The notes under the pieces were generated by a model. That model saw only the letters and a list, made by a program, of their open reading frames with translations, made no database searches and was not told where the DNA came from. A stretch of 33,452 bases of DNA, taken from positions 1-33,452 of the forward strand of contig SVQS01000003.1 of NCBI GenBank assembly GCA_015065205.1, read 5' to 3'. Shown here piece by piece: positions 24,435-33,452 of the stretch. Each line of letters begins with the position of its first letter. Position 1 is the stretch's first letter. Position numbers and translations under genes: made by a program. This stretch comes from Oscillospiraceae bacterium. GTDB taxonomy: Bacteria > Bacillota > Clostridia > Oscillospirales > CAG-272.

Positions 24435-26924
24435 TTGAGCCGATATGCGGGCGTATGCCTACTCGACAATCCGTTCTCAATTGACGGAGTATACGATTAT
24501 GTGATTCCCGAAGAGCTGGCAGGGGAAATTTCTGCCGGCTCGTTCGTCACGGTTCCGTTTGGCACAGTTAATCAACGCAGGTTGGCACTTGTTACGGAAT
24601 TGAAGGATAGTTCTGCCTACAAAGAGGCAAAGTCTATTCTTTCCGTGTGTCCCGAGGAGATGTTTTTGAGTGAGGAGATGTTGGGCCTTTGTTCCTTTAT
24701 GAAGCTTCGCACCCTATGTACTACGGGTGATGCTGTCAGGGCAATGATTCCCGCGTCCTCGCTCTCTCGTCTTGTCACTACGTATACTTTGTCCGAGGAA
24801 CACATATCCAACCCCTCCGACGACGTACCATCGTCGGATTTGTTTGTATATGAATACCTTCGCGAGAACGGGGAAATATCTCTCGATGCTCTGCGCCACC
24901 GTTTTGGCGTGGGCGTTGAGATCAAGCTCAAGCACCTTGTAACACTCGGCATTGCCAAAAAGGAAAGTGTTCTCCGGGAAGCCAAAGGCGAAAAGCTCGA
25001 GCGTGTTTGGCAGGTAGCCATCCCCACCGAGGATGCTTATGCACTCATCGACGGGGAAATCATCAAAGAGATCAAGCTGACGTCCGAGGCACAAAAAAAG
25101 GCACTCTCTTCCATTTTGGAAAGCGAGCTGCCTATGACTGCTACCGAGATAAAGGAGCGCGCAGGTGTGACTGACACACCACTCAAAACACTTTTGAGCA
25201 AGGGGATCGTTACAACTCTGCAGCTACGCCAAGAGCGCAATCCTTACGTAAACGCAAAATATTTGGGTAGAACACCCATACATCTGAACGACGAGCAATC
25301 GGCGGCAATGAGGACGCTTTCCGCGCTTGTCGATTCGGGGGAAGCAAAAGCGGCACTGCTCCACGGTGTTACGGGAAGCGGAAAGACCTGCGTAATGTTG
25401 ACTCTCATTGATAAACTTCTTGATGACGGTCGCGGTGTGATCGTCCTTTTACCCGAAATTGCACTCACCCCGCAATCGGTGGCTATCTTCTGCGCCCGTT
25501 ATGGAGAGCGCGTGGCGGTCATTCACTCGGGACTCTCAGCAGGGGAGCGTTACGATGCTTACTGCCGTATTCGCGACGGACGTGCCGATGTTGTCATTGG
25601 AACACGCTCGGCGGTTTTTTCGCCCGTTAAGAATTTGGGTGCTATCATCATCGACGAAGAACAAGAACACACATATAAATCCGACCAAAACCCGAAATAT
25701 CACACGCGCGACATTGCGCGCTACCGTTGTGCACACAACAAGGCTTTGATGCTTCTTTCCTCGGCAACACCGTCGCTTGAGAGCTATCAAAAGGCAAAAG
25801 AGGGAACCTATACGCTCATTACGCTCAAGCACCGCTTTGGTGGTGCAAAGCTGCCCCTGGTAAAGGTTGCCGATATGCGCGGTGAGGTGCAGGGTGGAAG
25901 TCTTTCTCCGCTTGGCGAAGAATTGATGGGGGAACTCTGCCGCGTGACAAATGCGCGCGAGCAAGCAGTGCTTTTTATCAACCGCCGCGGATATAATCAT
26001 TTTGTCAGCTGTCGCTCCTGCGGTGAGGCAGTCACCTGCCCATCCTGCTCGGTGGCAATGACCTACCACACGCGCCGCGGCACGTGGCACGAGGGCGACC
26101 TTGTTTGCCATTGGTGCGGCCACCGTATGCCGCTTCCCAAGGAGTGCCCGAGCTGTCACTCCGAGCATCTTGCCCGCATGGGCTTTGGCACACAGCGCGT
26201 TGAGGAAGAACTCCAAACGCTTCTTCCAAAGGCTAACATCCTGCGAATGGATACCGACACGACCACCACAAAATTTGCCTATGATGAACTGCTTGGGCGT
26301 TTTCGTGCACACGAAGCGGATGTGCTTCTCGGCACGCAAATGGTAACAAAAGGGCACGATTTCCCCGACGTTACCCTCGTGGGTGTTCTTTTGGCAGATG
26401 CCTCTCTCTACCTTGACGACTACCGTGCCGCAGAGCGAACCTTCGCAATGCTGACGCAGGTCATCGGTCGCGCGGGACGCGCCGACAAAGAGGGAATGGC
26501 TGTCATTCAAACAAACAATCCCGATAGCGAGGTCATTCGCCTTGCTTGCGCGCAAGACTACGAAAGCTTTTATGAGCGCGAGATCCGTTTGCGTAAGCTC
26601 TTGACCTTCCCGCCATTCTGCGACATCGCTCTCCTGACCGTTACGGGCTCTTATGAGACCGAGCTGCTCCGCGCCACCACAATGATGGCGCAAATGATAA
26701 AGGAGATGGCAGAGGGGGACTACAAGGACGTTACATTGGTTACCTTTGGCCCCTTTGAAGCCCCCGTTTATCGGGTGGATAATAAATACCGTATGCGTAT
26801 GGTGCTCAAGTGCAAGCTGACGCGCCGCACGCTCTCGATGCTGGCAGAGCTCCTCTCGACCTTTGGTCAGAGAGTGAGCAAAAAGGTGACGCTGAGCATC
26901 GATCTCAATCCGTCAAATCTCTAA
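24435..26924 (+). CDS. priA: Primosomal protein N'
   Basis: 'LLHGVTGSGKT', 'PEIALTPQ', 'IIDEEQE', Cys-rich Zn motifs, 'GTQMVTKGHDFP', 'QVIGRAGR'. Confidence 0.97.
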   Translation: MSRYAGVCLLDNPFSIDGVYDYVIPEELAGEISAGSFVTVPFGTVNQRRLALVTELKDSSAYKEAKSILSVCPEEMFLSEEMLGLCSFMKLRTLCTTGDAVRAMIPASSLSRLVTTYTLSEEHISNPSDDVPSSDLFVYEYLRENGEISLDALRHRFGVGVEIKLKHLVTLGIAKKESVLREAKGEKLERVWQVAIPTEDAYALIDGEIIKEIKLTSEAQKKALSSILESELPMTATEIKERAGVTDTPLKTLLSKGIVTTLQLRQERNPYVNAKYLGRTPIHLNDEQSAAMRTLSALVDSGEAKAALLHGVTGSGKTCVMLTLIDKLLDDGRGVIVLLPEIALTPQSVAIFCARYGERVAVIHSGLSAGERYDAYCRIRDGRADVVIGTRSAVFSPVKNLGAIIIDEEQEHTYKSDQNPKYHTRDIARYRCAHNKALMLLSSATPSLESYQKAKEGTYTLITLKHRFGGAKLPLVKVADMRGEVQGGSLSPLGEELMGELCRVTNAREQAVLFINRRGYNHFVSCRSCGEAVTCPSCSVAMTYHTRRGTWHEGDLVCHWCGHRMPLPKECPSCHSEHLARMGFGTQRVEEELQTLLPKANILRMDTDTTTTKFAYDELLGRFRAHEADVLLGTQMVTKGHDFPDVTLVGVLLADASLYLDDYRAAERTFAMLTQVIGRAGRADKEGMAVIQTNNPDSEVIRLACAQDYESFYEREIRLRKLLTFPPFCDIALLTVTGSYETELLRATTMMAQMIKEMAEGDYKDVTLVTFGPFEAPVYRVDNKYRMRMVLKCKLTRRTLSMLAELLSTFGQRVSKKVTLSIDLNPSNL

Positions 26925-26939
26925 AGTGAGGATACTGTT

Positions 26940-27395
26940 ATGGCAAAACTCAAAATTGTAAAGCACGGCGACGAAACTTTGCGCAAGGTCTGCCGTCCCG
27001 TTGATAAAATCACCCCCCGAATCATCACGCTTCTTGATGATATGCTGGAAACGATGCACGCCGCCGACGGTGTCGGTCTTGCTGCACCGCAGGTAGGAGT
27101 GCTTCGCCGCATCGTCATCGTTGAGGTGGAAGAGGGGGAAGTATATGAACTCATCAACCCCCGCATCGTCGCTTTTGCCGGCGAACAGCAGGGGCAAGAG
27201 GGGTGTCTCTCTCTGCCCGGTCGCTGGGGTATCACCAAACGCCCCATGCACGTTACCGTGCGCGCCTTCAACCGCAAGGGTGAGGAGTTTGAGGTCAGCG
27301 GTAGCGGCCTTTTGGCACGTGCTTTCTGCCACGAGATCGACCATCTCGACGGCAAGCTCTTTATTGACGAAATGATCGAGGAGATCCGTGAATGA
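26940..27395 (+). CDS. def: Peptide deformylase
   Basis: 'GVGLAAPQVG', 'EGCLS', 'HEIDHLDG'. Confidence 0.97.
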   Translation: MAKLKIVKHGDETLRKVCRPVDKITPRIITLLDDMLETMHAADGVGLAAPQVGVLRRIVIVEVEEGEVYELINPRIVAFAGEQQGQEGCLSLPGRWGITKRPMHVTVRAFNRKGEEFEVSGSGLLARAFCHEIDHLDGKLFIDEMIEEIRE

Positions 27396-28345
27396 GTATG
27401 AAGATCCTGTTTATGGGCACGCCTGATTTTGCGCTGTTTTCTTTGCGCGCGCTTGTTGAAGCAGGGGAGAACATCATTGGTGTTGTCACCCAACCCGACA
27501 AGCCCAAGGGCAGGGGATATACCCTCACACCGCCTCCCGTAAAAGTGTATGCGACCGAGGTGGGCATCCCCGTTTACCAACCCAATACCTTGCGCGGTGA
27601 GGAGTTTGCAGAGCTTTTGGAAGAACTCTCTCCCGACCTCATCATCGTCGTAGCCTATGGCAAGATATTGCCGTCAAACGTGCTGGAATTCCCCAAGTAC
27701 GGCTGTATCAACGTGCACGGTTCTATTCTGCCCACTTATCGCGGAGCGGCGCCTATGCAGCGCGCCATTATGGAAGGACAACGCGAAACGGGTATTACCA
27801 CTCAAATGATGGCTGATGGTATCGACACAGGCGATATTTTGCTTATTAGCAAGGTCGCCATCCAAGAGAACGACAACTTTGAAACGATGCACGACAAGCT
27901 CGGCGAATGTGGAGCGAACACGCTTCTTGAAACGCTGAAAGAACTCCGCGCGGGAACGCTCACGCGCACAAAGCAAGACGATAGCCTTGCCACTTATGCC
28001 GCCAAGATCGAAAAGAGCGATTGTCTCATTGACTTTACAAAGAGCGCAAACGAGGTGCACAACCAAATTCGCGGTTTGTCTCCCATTCCGCTCGCATTCA
28101 CCTATACGCCTGACGGAAAAATGCTCAAGGTGACGGCAACCGAGATCGCCAAGCGCGAGGGAACACTCGCACCTGCGGGAACGGTTCTGTCTCTTACAGG
28201 CGGCAAAATCGAGGTTGCTTGCGGTGTTGGTTCTATCGCTGTTTTGTCGGTTCTCCCCGAGGGCAAAAAGAGAATGGCGGCGGCTGACTTTATCAACGGT
28301 CGCAAAATTGCCGTTGGCGACCTGCTTTCCGCCCCCAACGCATAA
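27392..28345 (+). CDS. fmt: Methionyl-tRNA formyltransferase
   Basis: 'ILFMGTPDFA', 'VVTQPDKPKGRG', 'INVHGSILP.YRGAAP', 'DTGDIL'. Confidence 0.97.
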   Translation: MSMKILFMGTPDFALFSLRALVEAGENIIGVVTQPDKPKGRGYTLTPPPVKVYATEVGIPVYQPNTLRGEEFAELLEELSPDLIIVVAYGKILPSNVLEFPKYGCINVHGSILPTYRGAAPMQRAIMEGQRETGITTQMMADGIDTGDILLISKVAIQENDNFETMHDKLGECGANTLLETLKELRAGTLTRTKQDDSLATYAAKIEKSDCLIDFTKSANEVHNQIRGLSPIPLAFTYTPDGKMLKVTATEIAKREGTLAPAGTVLSLTGGKIEVACGVGSIAVLSVLPEGKKRMAAADFINGRKIAVGDLLSAPNA

Positions 28346-28357
28346 GAGGAAAACACT

Positions 28358-28813
28358 ATGCAAGAAGTAACGATTTTAGACCTCAAAGAGACAAAAGGAC
28401 GTATTCTCGGCGTTGATTTTGGCGACACGAGAACGGGACTTGCCGTGTCTGACACGAGCCGCTTTTTGGCATCGGGCATCGGATATGTCAGCCCGGGTGG
28501 CATCGTCAAGACTGCCGATAAGGTTGCCGAGGTCGCACGCGAGCAGAATGTTTCTGCCATTGTTGTGGGACTTCCCAAGAATATGGATGGCTCCGAGGGC
28601 TTTCGTGCCGACCGTTGCCGCGAGTTTGCCGACCTTTTGCGCGAGCGTCTTGTCGACATTCCCGTTGCGATGATGGACGAGCGTATGACCACTATGAGTG
28701 CCTCGCGTTATCTCAACGAAACGAATACAAGAGGACAAAAGCGCAAGGGTGTGATCGACACGCTCTCGGCGCAGATCATTCTGCAAAACGCGCTCGACCG
28801 TCTTAAAAATTGA
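28358..28813 (+). CDS. ruvX: YqgF/RuvX family pre-16S rRNA nuclease
   Basis: 'ILGVDFGDTRTGLAVSD', 'IVVGLPKNMDG', 'DERMTT', 'IDTLSAQIILQ'. Confidence 0.94.
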   Translation: MQEVTILDLKETKGRILGVDFGDTRTGLAVSDTSRFLASGIGYVSPGGIVKTADKVAEVAREQNVSAIVVGLPKNMDGSEGFRADRCREFADLLRERLVDIPVAMMDERMTTMSASRYLNETNTRGQKRKGVIDTLSAQIILQNALDRLKN

Positions 28814-28863
28814 GAAACTGAACCCAAAATCCTTTCGCAATTTGCGAAAAAGAAGGAAGATAT

Positions 28864-29739
28864 ATGCAACATTTACCGCCGCGGCGCATTGCCGCAATAC
28901 ACGATTTTTCCTGCGTGGGCAGATGCGCGCTCACGGTTGTTATCCCTACCTTGTCGGTTATGGGGTATCAGACCATTCCGCTTCCCACCGCGCTCCTCTC
29001 CAGCCATACAGGTGGCTTTGAGGGGCTGTATTTCCGCGATCTGACTGCGGATATGCATCATATCTCGGCACATTTTGACCGCCTCTCTATGACCTTTGGT
29101 TCTATCTACACGGGCTTTCTTGGTAGCGTTGAGCAGATTTCTACGGTGCGCGAATTTATTGAGCGTTTTGGAAAAACACCTGACGAAACAGGCAAAGCCC
29201 CCCTCATCCTCGTTGACCCCGTGATGGGCGACGACGGTGTTCTCTACGCTACATACACCAAGGCACTTGCCAACGGTATACGCGAGCTCAGCACACACGC
29301 ACAAGTGCTTACCCCAAATCTTACCGAGGCCTGCTTTCTGACCGACACGCCGTATCAAGATACCGCTGTGCTTTCCGAGGATGAAGCCGAAGCGTTTGTG
29401 CTAACTTTGCTCGAAAAGCTCTCCCACATTTGCCACGGCAAAATCGTGGTGACGGGTATCGGCCTTACGGGTGGCATCGTTGCCAACGCGGGCAGAGACA
29501 CCGACGGGTGCATCTTTTGGGTCAAGCGTGCGTGTCAGGATATTTCCTATCCCGGCACAGGTGATATTTTTGCTTCTGTTTTGCTCGGTGCCCTGATGCA
29601 AGGGGATGATTTTGAGACCGCCTGCACACGCGCGGCAGATTTTATTGTTCTGCTCATTACCGAGTCGGCAAAGATCGACACCCCTGTGCGTATGGGAGTC
29701 GCGCTTGAGGCGCACCTTGGCAAACTGCTACAAAAGTAA
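28864..29739 (+). CDS. pdxK: Pyridoxal/pyridoxamine kinase (PfkB/ThiD family)
   Basis: 'IAAIHDFSCVGRCAL', 'LPTALLSSHTGGF', 'VDPVMGDDG', 'LTPNLTEA', 'PGTGDIFAS'. Confidence 0.88.
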   Translation: MQHLPPRRIAAIHDFSCVGRCALTVVIPTLSVMGYQTIPLPTALLSSHTGGFEGLYFRDLTADMHHISAHFDRLSMTFGSIYTGFLGSVEQISTVREFIERFGKTPDETGKAPLILVDPVMGDDGVLYATYTKALANGIRELSTHAQVLTPNLTEACFLTDTPYQDTAVLSEDEAEAFVLTLLEKLSHICHGKIVVTGIGLTGGIVANAGRDTDGCIFWVKRACQDISYPGTGDIFASVLLGALMQGDDFETACTRAADFIVLLITESAKIDTPVRMGVALEAHLGKLLQK

Positions 29740-29749
29740 GGAGGAGACT

Positions 29750-30460
29750 ATGTCAAACGGACATAATATGCGCGTTTTTTTGCGCGTGGTCAAGTGGAGT
29801 ATTTCGCTTCTTTTGTGCCTGATTTGTGGCATCCTCATTTGGCGTATGTGCTCTTCGGGCGACCCCGAAAAGGTGAAATACCTGATGGGAAATGAGGCAC
29901 TTTATCAAGCCTATGACGAGCACGGTGAAGACCTTGTCCTGCAATATCAAAACCAGGATACCATTACGACCGCCGAGTATAACAGAGGGTATTTTTCCAT
30001 TACGCAATACGTTTTTATTCCCGAGGCGAAGCAGGTGCAATTGGTGTTCCGCTACAACAACAGCACCATCAAAAACCTCGCAAAGGATTATGGCCTTGCC
30101 GAGATTCCCGACAAGAGCGAGGAGCTTTTTGACCTAACGCTTGTCTCCGTTGTGGATAACACGCCCGACAACCGCGAGGACAACGAAAGCACCGATGCGC
30201 GCACAACAACGCGCTATTATCCCTCTGCCGCAACACGCACCGAGACCTCGCTCTACACCTATTATCGCTTTGTTTTTGACGACATTGAAGTTACTTCCGA
30301 TATGCTCTACGTCTTTGCCGATATTTATTACGAGGGAGACCTCGACTACGAAGAACGCCCCTACGGCACGCTTTGCCTTTATGACGATCAGTCGGAGTGG
30401 GTAACCTATAAGCTTTCGCGCACCGAGCGCAAAATGCTCGCCAAAAAAGAGGACGAGTAA
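29750..30460 (+). CDS. Hypothetical membrane-anchored protein
   Basis: RBS AAGGAGG before ATG 29750, one N-terminal TM helix, operonic spacing. Confidence 0.8.
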   Translation: MSNGHNMRVFLRVVKWSISLLLCLICGILIWRMCSSGDPEKVKYLMGNEALYQAYDEHGEDLVLQYQNQDTITTAEYNRGYFSITQYVFIPEAKQVQLVFRYNNSTIKNLAKDYGLAEIPDKSEELFDLTLVSVVDNTPDNREDNESTDARTTTRYYPSAATRTETSLYTYYRFVFDDIEVTSDMLYVFADIYYEGDLDYEERPYGTLCLYDDQSEWVTYKLSRTERKMLAKKEDE

Positions 30461-30473
30461 GAGAGGATAGACG

Positions 30474-31463
30474 ATGAACATTCCTTATACACACGAAAGC
30501 ATCCGCCTCACGGGTCGATGGGATAGAGGTGCAGATCGCGCCACCGCTACGGCGACGGGCTCTTATATTGAGTTTGCATTCCGCGGCAGAATGGCGGTTG
30601 CCAAATTCAACATTGTTTCCAACGCACAGCCCAGACTCCATTTGTGGATTCAAATCGATGGCGGTGATATGATCGAAGCGAATATCGATTCTCACATCCG
30701 CATTATGGCAAAAAACGATGGCGACCACGTCTGCCGCATCATCTACAAGGGCGGCACCGAACTTGACAGACGTTGGTATCATCCGCTTACGGGAAAGGTA
30801 TCCTTTGTTGGTGTGCAAACCGAGTGTCCTATTCCGATTGCTCCCGACAATCGCAAGACGATCGAATTTGTGGGAGATTCCATTACCGAGGGCGTTTTGA
30901 TCGATACCGATTTCAACAACGGTGGCGACGTTCTTTCCACTGCCGTTTTTGATGCGATGCGTTGCTATCAAGATGACGTTTGTGCTACCTACGCGTGGCA
31001 GACCGCCGAAGCACTCAACCTGCGTCCCATCTTTATGGGGTACGGAGCGGTTGGTGTCACACGCGCAGGCGCGGGAGATGTCCCCGCCGCCCCCGAATCC
31101 TATCTTTACAATTTTGATGGCTCACCCATCACGCACGAGAGTGCGGATTACATCCTTATCAACCACGGGGCCAACGACCGCGCAAACGGCGTGGAGCGTT
31201 ACCTGCAAAAATACGAGGAATTGCTTAACGTTATCCGCAAACGCAATCCCTCGTCGGTTATCATTTCTCTTTCGGCATTCGTTGGCACGTTCCACGAGGA
31301 ACTCGGGAAAATGATTGAAGATTATAACCGAAAACACAACTGCTGTGTGCACTTTATCGATAGCTACGGCTGGATTCCCGAAGTGCCCCTGCATCCTCTG
31401 CGCGACGGTCACAATACCGTTGCCAAAAATTTAATTCCCCTGATGAGGGAGATCGTGAAATAA
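30474..31463 (+). CDS. SGNH/GDSL hydrolase (CE2-like acetyl esterase architecture)
   Basis: 'IEFVGDSITEG', 'INHGAND', 'LHP...GH'. N-terminal beta-rich domain. Confidence 0.88.
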   Translation: MNIPYTHESIRLTGRWDRGADRATATATGSYIEFAFRGRMAVAKFNIVSNAQPRLHLWIQIDGGDMIEANIDSHIRIMAKNDGDHVCRIIYKGGTELDRRWYHPLTGKVSFVGVQTECPIPIAPDNRKTIEFVGDSITEGVLIDTDFNNGGDVLSTAVFDAMRCYQDDVCATYAWQTAEALNLRPIFMGYGAVGVTRAGAGDVPAAPESYLYNFDGSPITHESADYILINHGANDRANGVERYLQKYEELLNVIRKRNPSSVIISLSAFVGTFHEELGKMIEDYNRKHNCCVHFIDSYGWIPEVPLHPLRDGHNTVAKNLIPLMREIVK

Positions 31464-31498
31464 AATATCCGTTAAGTGGATAGGAAAGGAGCCGACGT

Positions 31499-32779
31499 AT
31501 GAGCGCCCCCCGTAAAATTGCATACGATGTTCTGGTGCGATGTGCGTCGGCAGAGCAGTATTCCAATATAGCTTTGGATACTGCCATTAAGCGTTCCGCC
31601 CTAACACCTCCCAATAGAGGTCTGTTGACGACCCTCGTCTATGGCGTTATCGAAAGACAGATCACATTGGATGCTATTATAGACAACCTTTGTAACCGAG
31701 GAAGCAAGAGCATTTCTTTCGATGTGCGCACGTTATTGCGCTTGGGGCTTTATCAGCTTGCTTACCTCGACCGCGTCCCCGACCACGCCGCTGTGAATGA
31801 AACAGTGAATATGTCACCCAAACGCAACCGTGCATTTGTCAATGCCATTCTGCGTGCGTTCATTCGAGGCGGCAAGAAAATCCCCATTCCCGATAAAGAA
31901 AAAGATGCCGTTGGATATCTCTCGGTCAAATATTCATTTTGCCCCGCACTTTGCCGCAAGTTTATCGATACCTTTTCACTTGAACGTACCGAACAGCTCT
32001 TCGCCGCCTTTGGCGAGCAACCTGACCTGACTCTTCGCACCAATACGCTCCGCATCTCGCGTGAGGAACTGATTCAAAAAATCGAGGGGCAGGGAATCCA
32101 CGCGCTCCCCACAAAAGAGAGTGACGCAGGTATTCGCGTATGCGATAAATCCCCTGTGACCGAGCTTTACGGCTTTCTTGATGGACTCTTTTTCGTTCAG
32201 GACGAAGCCTCTCAGCTTTGTGTCAAAGCCTTGGATGCAAAACCCGGAATGAAAATTTTGGATGCCTGCGCTTGTCCGGGCTCTAAATCCTTTGGTGCCG
32301 CTATTGATATGAACAACAAGGGCAGTGTGCTTTCCTGCGACCTGCACCGCAACAAGCTTTCACTCGTCGAGAGTGGAGCGCAAAGACTCGGCATCACCAT
32401 TCTCACAACCGAGGAGCGCGATGCCCGAAACCAAAAAGAAGAGTGGATTGGAGCATTCGACCGTGTGCTCTGTGATGTACCTTGCTCGGGCTTTGGCGTG
32501 TTTGCCAAAAAGCCTGAATTACGCTACAAAGATCCTGCCGCCAGCGAAGCACTCCCCGATATTCAGTTGGCCATCCTAAAAAATGCATCCAACTATGTCA
32601 AGGTAGGCGGCAAGCTGGTATATTCCACCTGCACGCTTCTCCCCTCGGAGAACGAGGAGAACGTAGCACGTTTTCTTGGTGAAAACAATAATTTTGAACT
32701 CAAAGAACAACGCACGCTCTATCCCGATACCGACGAAACCGACGGCTTCTTTTATGCTGTGATGGAGCGCGTAAAATAG
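31499..32779 (+). CDS. rsmB: 16S rRNA m5C967 methyltransferase RsmB/Sun
   Basis: NusB-like N-terminus 'LRLGLYQL...HAAVNETV', 'VQDEASQL', 'LDACACPGSKS', 'DVPCSG', 'VYSTCT'. Confidence 0.95.
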   Translation: MSAPRKIAYDVLVRCASAEQYSNIALDTAIKRSALTPPNRGLLTTLVYGVIERQITLDAIIDNLCNRGSKSISFDVRTLLRLGLYQLAYLDRVPDHAAVNETVNMSPKRNRAFVNAILRAFIRGGKKIPIPDKEKDAVGYLSVKYSFCPALCRKFIDTFSLERTEQLFAAFGEQPDLTLRTNTLRISREELIQKIEGQGIHALPTKESDAGIRVCDKSPVTELYGFLDGLFFVQDEASQLCVKALDAKPGMKILDACACPGSKSFGAAIDMNNKGSVLSCDLHRNKLSLVESGAQRLGITILTTEERDARNQKEEWIGAFDRVLCDVPCSGFGVFAKKPELRYKDPAASEALPDIQLAILKNASNYVKVGGKLVYSTCTLLPSENEENVARFLGENNNFELKEQRTLYPDTDETDGFFYAVMERVK

Positions 32780-32827
32780 AATTATACTTTTCGAAACTTT
32801 GGATAGAATAAAGAAAGGAGGCGCCAA

Positions 32828-33452
32828 ATGAACGAACAGCAAAAGCCCGCTCTGCTCTCTCTGACCGTTACCGAATTGGAAAATTGGATGGTTGAGAACG
32901 GTGAAGCAAAGTACCGCGCAAAGCAGATTTTTCAGCAGCTGCATCGCGGTATCTCTGTCGATGAAATGACCAATATCGGTAAAAAATTGCAAGAAAAATT
33001 GCGCGCATCTTTCTCTTATCATTTCCCCGAAATTGAGCAAAAATTGGTGTCTGCCATTGACGGCACGGTTAAGTTTCTCTTTGGTCTTGCCGACGGCAAC
33101 TGCGTGGAAAGCGTTGTGATGAAATACGAGCACGGCAACACCATTTGCATCTCCTCGCAGGTCGGCTGCCGTATGGGGTGCAAGTTTTGTGCATCCACTA
33201 TCGGTGGCCGCGTGCGCGATCTTGGACCCGATGAGCTTCTCGGGCAGGTCATTGCCGCGCAAAAAGACATCGGTGAGCGTATCTCCAACATCGTGATGAT
33301 GGGCATCGGTGAGCCCTTGGATAACTATGATAACGTCATCAAATTTTTACACCTTGTCAACTGCGAGGCGGGGCTCAATATCGGCTACCGTCACATTTCG
33401 CTATCAACCTGCGGACTTGTCGACCGCATCAAGATGCTGATGGAAGAGGATC
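32828..33452 (+). CDS. rlmN: 23S rRNA m2A2503 methyltransferase RlmN (radical SAM), 3'-truncated and absent from the ORF track
   Basis: RBS AAAGGAGG, ATG 32828. Translation includes 'YRAKQIF', 'DGTVKFLF', 'CISSQVGCRMGCKFCAST', 'NIVMMGIGEPLDNY'. Follows rsmB. Confidence 0.95.
   Translation, partial: MNEQQKPALLSLTVTELENWMVENGEAKYRAKQIFQQLHRGISVDEMTNIGKKLQEKLRASFSYHFPEIEQKLVSAIDGTVKFLFGLADGNCVESVVMKYEHGNTICISSQVGCRMGCKFCASTIGGRVRDLGPDELLGQVIAAQKDIGERISNIVMMGIGEPLDNYDNVIKFLHLVNCEAGLNIGYRHISLSTCGLVDRIKMLMEED

Overview
Chromosomal window from a Clostridia-like (Bacillota) bacterium, inferred from gene content and consensus sigmaA promoters. Most of it is housekeeping genes: MFS transporter, GDPD, ktrBA-type K+ uptake, gdhA, dapA, queA, typA, and the yicC-remA-gmk-rpoZ-priA-def-fmt...rsmB-rlmN cluster. 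The main unannotated signal is a 6,457-bp transposase-less element at 12689-19145. It has TGTCA...TGACA ends, a 5-bp target-site duplication (GTAAT) that contains the typA stop codon, and asymmetric arrays of 21-bp inverted binding sites (4 clustered next to typA, 3 spaced at the far end). This fits a non-autonomous Tn7-like mini-transposon. Its only cargo is a two-gene operon encoding a small protein with a ubiquitin/MoaD-like C-terminus and a 1749-aa DUF4132-type protein, a candidate defence system. Other signals: a dispersed ~175-bp structured repeat with compensatory base changes (2 full copies, 1 partial), a gene with an IscB PLMP/RRXRR-like N-terminus, a probable AUC start and an internal in-frame start that sits between direct repeats, and several REP-like elements. 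Family assignments come from recognised motifs only; no database searches were run.
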